This document shows positions 8,231-18,327 of a DNA stretch of 64,000 bases, in pieces; within the stretch, counting starts at the first letter, position 1; each line of letters starts with the position of its first letter. The notes beneath the pieces are model-generated. The model did no database searches and had not been told where the DNA came from. It saw only the letters and a list, made by a program, of their open reading frames with translations. The position numbers and the translations under genes are program-made. The stretch is from the NCBI GenBank assembly GCA_039962225.1, contig JAMPKV010000010.1, forward strand, positions 265,924 to 329,923, in the 5' to 3' direction. Origin of the DNA: Microcoleus sp. AS-A8 (GTDB lineage Bacteria > Cyanobacteriota > Cyanobacteriia > Cyanobacteriales > Coleofasciculaceae).

Positions 8231-10029
8231 TTAATGAGCGGCTTTCGCTCTTACCCGAATCTCCACGATAAACTCTGTCCCTTGCCCTAGGGTAGAAATA
8301 CAACTGATATGACCCTGGTGTTTTTCGACGACAATCTGGTAACTAATGGCTAATCCTAAGCCTGTCCCACTGCCTACAGGCTTGGTGGTAAAAAATGGGT
8401 CAAATATCTGATGCTGCACTTCCTGATTCATGCCAGCACCATTGTCAACAATCCGAATGATCACCGATTGGCTATTGGACATCGGAAATTGGACTTGGGG
8501 AGACGGGGTACACGCTGTCTGAGTTTCCTTATCCCTTGGTCTTTTTGTCTCCTCGTAGGCACCCTTCCGTGTATCCATCCAAATTAGATGAGGCTGCCAA
8601 CTCTCCCATAAGGCTAATCCTTCGGCACCATTTTCAGCTTCTTGTACCTCAAAGCCAATCGGTTCGAGCAATTTAACGAGGAGTAAACGGTTTTCTTTGG
8701 TATCATCAACCACGAGCAGGCGATACACCTCTTGATTTGGCTCTAAACCGATGACTCGCCGGAGGGGTTTGGCTATGAGTTCAATCGAATCTGGTTCATC
8801 AATTTTAATATCAAATTTAAAAATCGCCCCCTCACCTAAAACACTGCTAATCTGAATTTCTCCTCCCATCAGTTGCACAAACTTTCGCGTTATTGCTAAA
8901 CCCAATCCCGTTCCTTCGGCAAATTTTTGACCCGTTTCCGTTTGCACGAAGGCATCAAATAAACCTGCCATTTCCGCTGGTGCAATTCCCGGCCCCGTAT
9001 CTTCTACTTCAAAATGCAGGGTATTAGGAAATAAAAATTGGGAGGAAGACGATGTGCAGACATGGCATCTAGTCTTACCCGTGTATCTCTCTGCGGTGGC
9101 TATTCCTGCATTCACACGCAAATTTACAGTCCCATTTTCCGTAAATTTAATGGCATTAGCCAAGAGATTTATTAAACAAATTCGCAATTTTTTGGGGTCA
9201 GTTTTTATATAGTGAGGAACATTTGATGGAACCTTAAAGATTAGTTGTATTTTTTTTGCTCGGCTTTGATTTGTAGCATTTCCTCCAAAGAATCAAGGAG
9301 ACGATACAAGTCAAAGCTACTTTCATAAAGTGTACTTAGACCCGCCTCGATTTTGGATAAATCCAAAACATCATTGATTAAATCCAGTAAATGCTCCCCA
9401 CTGCGATTGATGATTCTCAAATATTCTCGCTGCTCAGTACTCAATTGCAGATCGCGGCTCATCACTTGAGTAAAACAGAGAATTGCATTGAGAGGAGTGC
9501 GGAGTTCATGACTCATATTTGCCAGAAAGTCACTTTTTGCTTTAGAGGCTGCTTCAGCCGCTTTTTCGGCTTTCAATCGCTCTTGAATTTCCTGTTGTAA
9601 TTGTTGATTTTGCTCTCGGAGTTGATGGGAGAGCCTCTGAATCGTCAGTTGATGCTCAACCCGTGCCAAAACTTCTGCGACTTGAAACGGCTTGGTAATA
9701 TAGTCCACTCCACCAACTGCAAAGGCTTTAATCTTGTCCAATACTTCATCCAGGGCACTAATAAAAATGACTGGAATTTCGCAGGTTTTTGGATCAGCTT
9801 TGAGTTTAGAGCAGACCTCATAGCCATCCATTTCTGGCATTCTAATGTCCAGTAAAATCAGATCGGGTGGAGCCGATCTGGCGGCTCTTAACGCCATTTG
9901 TCCCTTGACGACGCCCCGGACTTTATATCCCCTCTCTGAGAGTGTGGCAGATAAAATTTGCAGATTTTCGGGTGTATCATCAACGATTAAAATGTTTCCT
10001 GAATCTACTTCAATTTGATTACTATTCAT
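8231..10029 (-). pseudogene. Hybrid sensor histidine kinase (REC-coiled coil-HisKA-HATPase-REC) disrupted by a -1 frameshift in a homopolymer, with a chimeric degenerate C-terminus
   Basis: ORF 9241-10029 encodes REC + HisKA ([11 protein letters not shown]) and ends ...[14 protein letters not shown] 8231-9187 continues in another frame with the N-box LINLLANAIKFT, G-boxes, then a receiver domain broken after LIWMD and fused to a second HATPase tail (IRIVDNGAGM...GTGLGLAISYQIV). The frame junction maps to the T8 run at 9250-9257 (A8 on the coding strand). Nine A would give EQKKIQLIF, collinear with the paralogue's QNKNLQLVF. Confidence 0.6.
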
Positions 10030-10133
10030 GAATTAAAATGTCAATTAAAATAATACGTTATCTTAGGAAAAAAGGGAGAACATAAATGGAGATGATAGGC
10101 TTTAATTGTTCATCAGTTATCCTTTATGAGTTC

Positions 10134-13127
10134 CTAGTCCAAAATTTTAGCTTCTTCAATTAAATCCAAAATTTGATCGCAACGGAAATTATTGACTAAA
10201 TCAGCTATAGCTTTGGCTAGTGGGTTATAGACAGCAGGGATTTGCTCGATCAGCTGAAATATTCGCTCATTATCAATGGTGACAGCCGCCTGGTATAGCT
10301 CATGAACCCACTCAGTTGGCATTACGTAGAACGATGAAGGCTCAAGGATGTACGGCACAGCCAAACCTTCAATGTTAGATGAATCCCCTGGTTCGACTTC
10401 GATCTGTTGCCTTCCACCTGCTGACGTGGATGAGGCGGATTCTGCATAAATGTAACGCACCCCTAAGTGTTGAGCCATCTTTTCAAAGATAACCGACTCT
10501 CGAAAGGGCTTACGCACAAAGTCGTCACAGCCTGCTGACAAAACAACGGAACGTTCTTCCTCAAAAGCACTGGCGGTTAAGGCAACAATTGCCGTGGCTT
10601 GACCTTTTAAGTCGGCTTTGATACGTTTAGTGGCTTCATACCCATCCATGACAGGCATCCGCATATCCATCCAGATCAGGTGAGGTTCCCAGCTTGACCA
10701 CAATTCAATGGCTTCTTGCCCATTCACCGCTTCTTGCCCCTCAAAACCGACAGATGCCAGAAGTTTAACTAACAGCACACGACTTTCCAGGCGATCGTCA
10801 ACAACAAGGATGCGATATTGCGGTTGTCCAGATTCTAAACCAATCACCCTAGGACTGGCTTGGGGCGTTACAATTTTAGGCTCTTGGGCTAAATCCACCT
10901 CGATCTCAAATTGAAAAATACTTCCCTTACCTAAGCGACTGCTAACCTTAATATCTCCCCCCATCAGTTACACAAATTGTCGCGATATGGGTAAACCTAA
11001 ACCCGTTCCTTCTAAGGCTTGCCGACCCGTTTGTGTTTGCACAAAAGGTTCAAATAAGGAGTCCATCTCTTCGGGGGCAATACCGAATCCCGTGTCTTCC
11101 ACCTCAAAATAAAGGATTACGGGTTGATGGCTTGAATGTTGTCGGTTTGAAGACTGTTGAGAACCTCCAACATTCAACCTTTTAACTGGCGATTCATTAG
11201 AAGATTCAACCTGCAACTTACTGCCTACTCGCAAGGTAACCCCCCCCTCTGAGGTGAATTTAATGGCGTTTCCCAGGAGGTTAATTAAGACTTGACGCAA
11301 CTTACTTTCGTCAGTTTGCACGTATTGGGGAAGGGTGGGAGTGCGGTCAAACACTAACTGCAAATTCTTATTTTGGACGGGCAACTTGAACATGGCTTCA
11401 AGAGTGTCCAGCAGATGGTACAGATCAAAACTATTCTTATTCAGCGTGACCCGACCCACCTCGATTTTGGACATTTGCAGAACATTATTAATCAGTTCGA
11501 GTAAATGTTCACCGGAGTGCTGAATAATTCCTAGGTACTCCTGTTGTTGTGGATGGGGGGATGAGTCACGAGTGAGTAATTGGGTAAAGCCGATGATGGC
11601 ATTGAGGGGAGTCCGAAGTTCGTGGCTCATATTGGCGAGGAATCTGCTTTTGGCACGATTTGCCGTTTCGGCTACATCTTTCGCCTGTTGCAATGCCGCT
11701 TGTGCCTGCTTGCGATCGCTGATATCTTGACTGACAGAAATAACATGAATTTGTCCATCCAAGTCAATCCTTTCTGCGGATAACAATGCTGTCCTTACTT
11801 CACCAGACTTGGTTCTGAATTTGAATTCATAGTTACGAATGACGCCCTCCTCTTGCAGGAGATGGAACAGTTGGGCACGGTCTTCCCAATTCACCCAAAG
11901 ATTCAGATCGACCGCAGTACGACCCAGGACTTCTTCACGGGTATAACCTATAAATTTGCAGAAACTATCGTTAATTTCGATATGACAGCCATCACTTTGG
12001 CGAGTGATTGTGAAGGCACTCGGACAGGAACGAAACGCTTTGGCAAACTTTTCTTCTGATTGACGCAGTGCTATCTCTGCACGCTTACGAGCCTTGGCGG
12101 CTATTTCGCTAGCCCGAATTTCTTGTTGGAGTTGTCGATTTTTTTCTTCTAATTCCTGAGTGCGATCGGAAACTTTTTGTTCCAAATTTCGGTTATAATC
12201 AGCTAAGACTTTCTCCGTTCGTTTGCGTTCCGTGATATCTTGCAAAGCGTTAATACTATAAGCAATGTTTCCATCAGCATCATAGATAGGCGTTGACCAA
12301 ACTTCGATAGGAATTCTTTGATTACCTTGGTGGACTTCCAAATCGTCAGCAGTTACATTTTCTCCCTTCAGCGATCGCACAATGGGCAACTTTTCGGAGG
12401 GATATAACTGATTCGTACCTGCGATATAGACTTGATAAGCTTCTGAAAGCCTTTCCGATGGTGTGTTTGGATCGACTCCTTTGCCAAAAATTTCCTTGCC
12501 TCTTTGATTCAAAAAGTAAAGTTTGCCGTTAGCATCAAGTACTCCCACCCCAACAGGTACAGCTTCTAAAAATTGAGCCAACTTACGTTCGCTTTCCCGT
12601 ACAGCTTCATCGGCTTGGTCTTTCAATTGATTGACGACTGTATCACCATGTTCAGTCGAAGTTTCTAGCAAAATTTTTAGGTCAAATTTTTCCTGTATTA
12701 AGGCTTCCCGTTCTCGGAAAAAACGTTTATTTTCAGCGTTGAGTCGGCAAAGCTCTATCTGAGTATTGATACGGAAAATCAGTTCCTCTTTGGAGATGGG
12801 TTGAGTTAGATAATCATTTATCCCAATTTCTAAGCGAGTTGCCCAATTAGGGACTTGGTTTTTATCACTTAACTCTAAAATCGGAATTTGATCAGCCTGC
12901 AAAATTTTACGGAGTTTTTGAGTCAATTTATAGGCAGACATATGGGGCATATCCAACAAGATCAGGTCGGGTTTTAGACCTTTTTCTATAATTTCTAATA
13001 CTTCCTCTCCATTGCTGGCTTGAGTAAGGTCATAATTTGATTGGGATAAATATTGGACAAGTACCTGACGATTCTCTATCCGATCGCCCACTATCAAGAT
13101 TTGGTTATTCTTGCATTGCATATTCAA
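10134..13127 (-). pseudogene. Hybrid sensor histidine kinase (pseudo-REC, 2x PAS, HisKA, HATPase, REC, C-terminal domain) interrupted by an in-frame TAA
   Basis: ORF 10968-13127 ends ...[13 protein letters not shown] and ORF 10134-10964 continues in the same frame with [10 protein letters not shown]... The paralogue reads FVQLMGGEI, so the TAA (plus-strand 10968-10970 tta) replaces a CAA Gln codon. Confidence 0.6.
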
Positions 13128-13294
13128 TATAGGTGCAAGTTATTCCGTTTCCGGTAAAAAATTACAAAGAAAGGCACCGGAGCGCTCGGAGCCGAAGGTG
13201 AGGATGAGGAGGCAGGAGACAGATGGCAGAAGGGAAGAAGGGAAAAACAACTCTATTGAGTGCGTGTTATTGCCAACGCCTGAAAGAAAAAAGT

Positions 13295-13329
13295 TTGATT
13301 CAAGAGACGACTATCGTCTCTTGAATCAA
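13295..13329 (-). terminator. Rho-independent terminator candidate (16-bp perfect stem, 3-nt loop), U-tract on the minus strand
   Basis: TTGATTCAAGAGACGA-CTA-TCGTCTCTTGAATCAA. On the minus strand the hairpin is followed immediately by ACTTTTTTCTTTC. It lies between gatC and the downstream histidine kinase gene. Confidence 0.55.
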
Positions 13330-13389
13330 AACATCCTTTTTCAATCCAACTTCAGAAGGCAGAAGATGGAAGGCATGAGGCTTTTATGT

Positions 13390-13412
13390 TCCCACGTTTA
13401 AAAAGCGTGGGA
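13390..13412. repeat. Second copy of the TCCCACG-N9-CGTGGGA hairpin repeat
   Basis: tcccacgtttaaaaagcgtggga. A related inverted copy GCGTGGG-caataaca-CCCACG is at 13478-13498. Confidence 0.6.
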
Positions 13413-13848
13413 TTGAATCTTTGATGTTTGATTCAAGAGGTAATAATTGCCTATGCACACAAACTTTTTTCTTTTTCGCGTGGGCAATAACACCCACGAC
13501 TAAAGTTCTTTTTACCTTTCTTCCCTTTTGCCTTTTGCCCTCTGCCCTCTGCCTTTTTTGTAAAAAAAACGTGGGAGCATAATAGCCCTCCGCCTTCTAT
13601 CTTCTGCTTCTGAATGTAGGGGCACGACATCTCGTACCCCCATTCGATCACACCTAAAGCACAAGAAGTCTCCTCATCTACCTAATGCGGATTGTCAGGA
13701 AAATCAAAATCAAGAATTGGCCCTTTGGGAACGAGACCCTGAGGGTTTACATTTCCTCAGAAAGAGTTTGATTACCAAAAGCTTACCTCTGGAGCTTTTG
13801 TAAGGTGAGATCTAACCCAAACAGTACTTCATCCTTCATACTTGAAAA

Positions 13849-14148
13849 TTATTCTTCCGCTTGTAGAATTTGGGGCACTTTAAAGAAGTCGCCATCCTGT
13901 TCAGGAGCCTCCCCAAGCAGCGCATCTCTGTCAGAGTAAGGCCGCAACTCATCCGGTCGGGTGACATTACTCACATCAATCGCCCTGGTTGTCGGCGCTA
14001 TATCCGATGTGTTTAATTCGCTCAATTGCTCAAAGTATTCCAAAATGCTACTCAGTTGAGCCGTCATTTGCTCCTCTTCCTCCACTGCCATCTCCAAGCG
14101 GGCAAGATTAGCAACTTTCCGAACTTGTTCTCGGTCAATAATGGACAT
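13849..14148 (-). CDS. gatC: Asp-tRNA(Asn)/Glu-tRNA(Gln) amidotransferase subunit C
   Basis: 99 aa. MSIIDREQVRKVANLARLEMAVEEEEQMTAQLSSILEYFEQLSELNTSDIAPTTRA... is the canonical GatC sequence pattern. Confidence 0.85.
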   Translation of the reverse strand: MSIIDREQVRKVANLARLEMAVEEEEQMTAQLSSILEYFEQLSELNTSDIAPTTRAIDVSNVTRPDELRPYSDRDALLGEAPEQDGDFFKVPQILQAEE

Positions 14149-14163
14149 GGTTAGTAATTATAG

Positions 14164-14250
14164 GGTTGAAGGTTGGAGGTTGAAGGTTGAAGGTTGAAGG
14201 TTGGAGGTTGGAGGTTGAAGGTTGAAGGTTGAATGTTGGAGGTTGGAGGT
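14164..14250. repeat. Tandem heptanucleotide array (GGTTGAA/GGTTGGA, about 12 units; minus-strand TTCAACC/TCCAACC). Cyanobacterial STRR-like.
   Basis: Read directly: gggttgaaggttggaggttgaaggttgaaggttgaaggttggaggttggaggttgaaggttgaaggttgaatgttggaggttggagg. It sits in the ycf3-gatC spacer. Confidence 0.85.
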
Positions 14251-14288
14251 TCCACTTGCCAACTTGTCAACTTTCAACCTGTTAACTT

Positions 14289-14810
14289 CTAAAAGTACAC
14301 ATCCAGCTCCGAGCGACCTGTGGTTTTCAGCCAGTTTTGTGCCTCAATATAGTTATTGGGGGCAAGGCGAATCGCACGTTTCCAGTATTCAGCCGCTTCG
14401 TTAAACAAAGCATTAGCCGTATCCGAGTTTCCAGCTTCCTTCGCCTGTTCCCCCTGGTAGTGGTAGATTACGGCAATATTGTTAAGCGCTTGAGGCAGAC
14501 GCGGATTGAGTTCGATCGCGTCATGATAGAGTTCCAACGCTTGCTGATGATCACCGTTGCTGGCATGAATCAGCCCCATGTTGTAAAGGATATAGCTCTT
14601 GTCGTAGGAGTCTTCCTCTAGCGTCAAAGCTTCTTTATAGTTTTCCAAGGCTTCGGCATATTCACCATCCGCTTGAGCTGACATCCCGTCACGGTAGTAG
14701 GCAAACGCTTCTTTGGCTTGCTTGTTGGCTGGCATCAGCTTCAGGATTAGATCTGCCATCACCGTAAAGCTTTTGTCGATGAAGTTATCGTTACGTTGAC
14801 TTCTGGGCAT
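14289..14810 (-). CDS. ycf3: Photosystem I assembly protein Ycf3 (TPR protein)
   Basis: Begins [27 protein letters not shown]..., which is the hallmark Ycf3 N-terminus. 173 aa with three TPR units. Confidence 0.9.
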   Translation of the reverse strand: MPRSQRNDNFIDKSFTVMADLILKLMPANKQAKEAFAYYRDGMSAQADGEYAEALENYKEALTLEEDSYDKSYILYNMGLIHASNGDHQQALELYHDAIELNPRLPQALNNIAVIYHYQGEQAKEAGNSDTANALFNEAAEYWKRAIRLAPNNYIEAQNWLKTTGRSELDVYF

Positions 14811-15133
14811 AGATACCTGTATGTTATTGCGCTCAGTTGACTAGAGTAGCGTGGCTACTTGGAGTTTTCGGATACTACATGTAAATTTAACGTCGATTGG
14901 TCACGCCTGAGAGGGTTACCCAGTGCCGGGAGAACGGCTAGTCCGCTTTGGAATATGGTGTGGGTATCCGACCGACAATGGCTTTTCAGCCTTTACGAGG
15001 TCTGATTTTGAGGATGACTTAGAATTAATTGGGTTAGATGGTATGTGCCATTGTTTGACGCTACACAAGGTAACCACAAAACCATTTTTGCTTTTTTTAC
15101 GATGAATGAGTAGCTGATTATCCGAAACTTGAG

Positions 15134-15862
15134 ATGAAACGTTTTCAAAAATTATCTCTGCTGGGAGCCATTGTAGCCCTAAGTACAATAACTGCCTGTG
15201 CATCAGGTTCAAATAATACCGTTGATTCAGGCGTTGGCAGCGATCGCGCTACCATCCCCGCTCCAAGCGAACAATCCACCGCACCATCACCTGCGGCAAC
15301 GCCGAATAATCAGCCCGAAGAAACCCCTGACACAACCCAGGCATCAACAAGACCTAGCACGAAAACTGACACGATTAACATTGAAGGGGAAGAGAGTGAG
15401 GTGACGCTGAAGCTTTACGATGAGCTCAGTCAGGTTTTTACCACCTATTTTCCCAAAGATGATTTTGTTGCCGAATCTGCTAGTTCTGGAGCAGATACAG
15501 GAAGCATATTTTATTACAACGTAGATGGAAATAAAAACAAAGATGTTTACGTCTCCATATCCTTTCCTACCGGGGCAAACAACGCAGAACAGCTGGAAAG
15601 ATTACTAACGGCAAAGGGTGGATTGGTTCAAAGAAATCAGTGGCAAATGGAGGAGCGGACGAAAGATGTCCCGTATTCTTGGGCCAAGGAAAAAATCCTT
15701 TACAAACAACCTGGAAGTGAGGAAAACCTACTCGTTCAACTGTACATTGGCGAAGCAAATGGGAAAGTTTTCTATGTTATTACCCATTATCCAGCGGAAT
15801 ATGGAGATGGGTTTGCACCACGAGCTAACTTCATTCTGGACAATTTGGAAGTTAAAGGTTAA
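15134..15862 (+). CDS. Hypothetical lipoprotein (signal peptide with lipobox, Pro/Thr/Ser-rich linker, globular C-terminal domain)
   Basis: MKRFQKLSLLGAIVALSTITAC-ASGS is a lipobox-like motif, followed by a low-complexity PAPSEQSTAPSPAATP segment. 242 aa. Confidence 0.5.
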   Translation: MKRFQKLSLLGAIVALSTITACASGSNNTVDSGVGSDRATIPAPSEQSTAPSPAATPNNQPEETPDTTQASTRPSTKTDTINIEGEESEVTLKLYDELSQVFTTYFPKDDFVAESASSGADTGSIFYYNVDGNKNKDVYVSISFPTGANNAEQLERLLTAKGGLVQRNQWQMEERTKDVPYSWAKEKILYKQPGSEENLLVQLYIGEANGKVFYVITHYPAEYGDGFAPRANFILDNLEVKG

Positions 15863-15869
15863 CGGTTTC

Positions 15870-16718
15870 TTATTCTTGATACTCGGTTATAGGCTTGCTC
15901 CGATTCAGCCACTTGCTCAAGAATTTCCAGTGACGGAAGGGGTAAACTAATTGAGCCATAAAGTTTTCCGTGATTGTCTCGCCATAGAGTCCAAAATTCT
16001 TGGGTTGGCGACCACCAGGCATGTAAAACGTGCCAAAGATCACATCATAAATGGGGAAAAGTCCTGCAAAGTTCTTGCCCCATCCTTCTTCATCCATTGT
16101 ATGGTGCCAACGGTGAAAGGCAGGACTCGCTAGGACATAGCGAAAAGGCCCATAAGTCCAGCAAATATTGGCATGGATCAGAGCCACGTAGCTGGATAAG
16201 AACGGGACATAAAATTCAACCGCGATCGGAGAGATGCCCAGAATCAGCAAGGGAGAGGCTTGCATCACTCGCGAGATGATGTCATTGACCGGATGCAGAC
16301 GAACCGCCGTCAGCCAGTCCACTATCTCTGCACTATGGTGGACAGCGTGATAATCCCAGAGTTGGCGGGTATGGTGCCAGCGATGAGTCCAGTAGCCAAT
16401 GAAATCGCCCATTACAATCGCGATCGCACCTTGTACCCAAAGGGGTAACTGTGAGATTGGGCCGTACCCTGCCAGAACGCTGTCCCATTGTAGCGATCGC
16501 CCCAGCAGCAGGTAAAGCGGCAGAACGACTAACGCGATGGAGATCATGCTCAGGATCTGAATCACCATGGGGGTGAAAAACCAATAGAACGAGTCTAACC
16601 ACACACCCCGCCGCCATTTGGGTTGATTGGGAATGCTCGGATAGAAGCGTTCGAGGATACCAAACAGAACTGTGAGCAGAATATATAAAACTAGCGCCCT
16701 AACTAACCGTCCTTTCAT
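15870..16718 (-). CDS. Fatty acid hydroxylase superfamily / sterol desaturase family membrane protein (CrtR-like di-iron hydroxylase)
   Basis: Histidine boxes HRWHH, HAVHH and FHRWHH, with 4 TM helices. 282 aa. Confidence 0.7.
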   Translation of the reverse strand: MKGRLVRALVLYILLTVLFGILERFYPSIPNQPKWRRGVWLDSFYWFFTPMVIQILSMISIALVVLPLYLLLGRSLQWDSVLAGYGPISQLPLWVQGAIAIVMGDFIGYWTHRWHHTRQLWDYHAVHHSAEIVDWLTAVRLHPVNDIISRVMQASPLLILGISPIAVEFYVPFLSSYVALIHANICWTYGPFRYVLASPAFHRWHHTMDEEGWGKNFAGLFPIYDVIFGTFYMPGGRQPKNFGLYGETITENFMAQLVYPFRHWKFLSKWLNRSKPITEYQE

Positions 16719-16971
16719 GAATTAAATGTTTGATCGAAGTTTTCTTATAACTTTTACCCTGATAACCTTTAAAAGACAACTGCGCCATAAAACTAATCTA
16801 TTGAATAGCGACAGAGCAATCGCCGGGATACGGCTCACAAGGCATGACCAACATATCCTCTATTGAATCTGTTGGCATTAAAATACTAGATTTTTTTAAC
16901 GCAGACGACGCAAAGGGTGACCCACAGGGGCGCAGAGTTTTTGTACCCCAATTTCAGTTAATGCCGGTGCC

Positions 16972-18327
16972 TTACGAGGAGCTGGATGAGGTTTTGATTC
17001 CCTTAAACCGTTCTTGGGCTACTTTAAACGCATCTTGCATCACCAACTGAATTTTCTTGGGATCGGGTTTCTTACCCCCCATTAAATCCCCGAAGTAAAC
17101 GCAGGCTCCTTCCCCCAGTGCCCAGGTGTAGGCCGCAGCCCAAGAGGCGGCAATCACACTGCCAAAACCAGGGATAAATTTGACTAATTCTCGTCCCACT
17201 GCCCTGGCGAGGAAGCCACTGGCGATCGCACTCACCACTCCTCCGGCCTGTGATGGGGTGAGTGTCTGCCCATACAATCGCCCCAACAGACCCACCATTG
17301 AGACTTGTAATGCTGTCAGCACGGGCATACTGGCAAAGGGGACGGGTACAGCCTCCAGGGCGGCTGCCATGATGGCAAAGGCCAACATGTAACGCCGTCC
17401 CACATCTCGGTAGAGGTTGCCCAGTTGTTTGCCAACTTCGTCCCGCTCCAATAACTGATAAATCGCACGGGCTTCCGCTTCTGGGAGAAGGTCGGCGAGG
17501 GAAGTCGAGAGTGCTTCTAAGCCATAAAATACAGGATGGTAGCCGTCTTCTTCTAAGGTGAAGTCAATTAAGACGGCGCGATCGCAAATTCCGGTAAAGG
17601 CGTCCTGAATAGCGGTGAAGGCTCGGTTAACCTCCTCATAATCGGGCGGATAGACCGGATGATCAGCAGTACCGGGCGGATAAACCTCATGCAAGCACGT
17701 CACCACGAGTAGACAGGGAATATCTGGATACTGCTGACGCAGTTGAGCCGCAATGTGTCGCAGTGTATCGGTGGCAAAATCATTGATTTTAACGGTTAGA
17801 ATCAGGACTCTGGCGCGGCGTGTTTCCTGTTGCAGATCGCCCACCAATTCCTGAATAATGACCTGAGTCTCTTGGTTCACATCTCCCAGTCCCACCGTAT
17901 CGGTAAAAATCAGCAACGGCAGGTCATTGGAGGGATAGGCATAACGTTCGGTGTGTTGCGTATGGGGACGATATCCCTGACCCACAATCTCCGCAGAAAC
18001 CCCCGTCAGCCCCCGCACAATCGAGCTTTTTCCAGCTTGGGGCTTCCCAATCAGCAGGGCTTCTGTGGTGGGCAGTTCGGCGCGAACCGTCTCCAAAATC
18101 TCTGCAACCTGTTCTTCGCTGACGCTAAACCACTGACTCACGGTTTGAGCGAGTTGGTCTACGGGTAAGAGTTGCACCAAACGTGTTGTTGTGTTGTTCC
18201 AGATACCCGAAATGCGGTTTTTCCAGGAATCGTCAACCGACTCAGTCGTCATACCCTCAGTTGGTTCACTCAACGGCTGAGAATTATCTGACGGCGAGTC
18301 AGTTTCATGTGGCTCAGTCATTGGCAT
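16972..18327 (-). CDS. P-loop GTPase with C-terminal DUF697/YcjF-like membrane domain
   Basis: G1 LIGKPQAGKSSIVRGLTG, G3 DTVGLGD, then a C-terminal hydrophobic region (LAFAIMAAALEAVPVPF...VSAIASGFLARAVG). 451 aa. Confidence 0.7.
   Translation of the reverse strand: MPMTEPHETDSPSDNSQPLSEPTEGMTTESVDDSWKNRISGIWNNTTTRLVQLLPVDQLAQTVSQWFSVSEEQVAEILETVRAELPTTEALLIGKPQAGKSSIVRGLTGVSAEIVGQGYRPHTQHTERYAYPSNDLPLLIFTDTVGLGDVNQETQVIIQELVGDLQQETRRARVLILTVKINDFATDTLRHIAAQLRQQYPDIPCLLVVTCLHEVYPPGTADHPVYPPDYEEVNRAFTAIQDAFTGICDRAVLIDFTLEEDGYHPVFYGLEALSTSLADLLPEAEARAIYQLLERDEVGKQLGNLYRDVGRRYMLAFAIMAAALEAVPVPFASMPVLTALQVSMVGLLGRLYGQTLTPSQAGGVVSAIASGFLARAVGRELVKFIPGFGSVIAASWAAAYTWALGEGACVYFGDLMGGKKPDPKKIQLVMQDAFKVAQERFKGIKTSSSSS

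Noticed and set aside
9250-9257. Deliberate phase-variation switch controlling the histidine kinase
   Set aside because: It cannot be distinguished from a sequencing/assembly homopolymer error using a single consensus sequence. It is kept only as a possibility within the pseudogene finding.
10968-10970. Programmed recoding (selenocysteine/readthrough) at the in-frame stop in the kinase
   Set aside because: The codon is TAA, not TGA, and no SECIS-like context is apparent. The paralogue has a plain Gln codon here. A nonsense mutation or base-call error is far more likely.
13111-13651. ORFs of 96 and 66 aa in the gatC-kinase intergenic region
   Set aside because: They are Lys/Glu/Gly low-complexity translations of purine-rich repeats and hairpins, with no supporting features. 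The region is better explained as a repeat/terminator cluster.
14164-14250. Possible CRISPR array
   Set aside because: It is a pure heptamer tandem array with no unique spacers and units far too short. No cas genes are present anywhere in the window.
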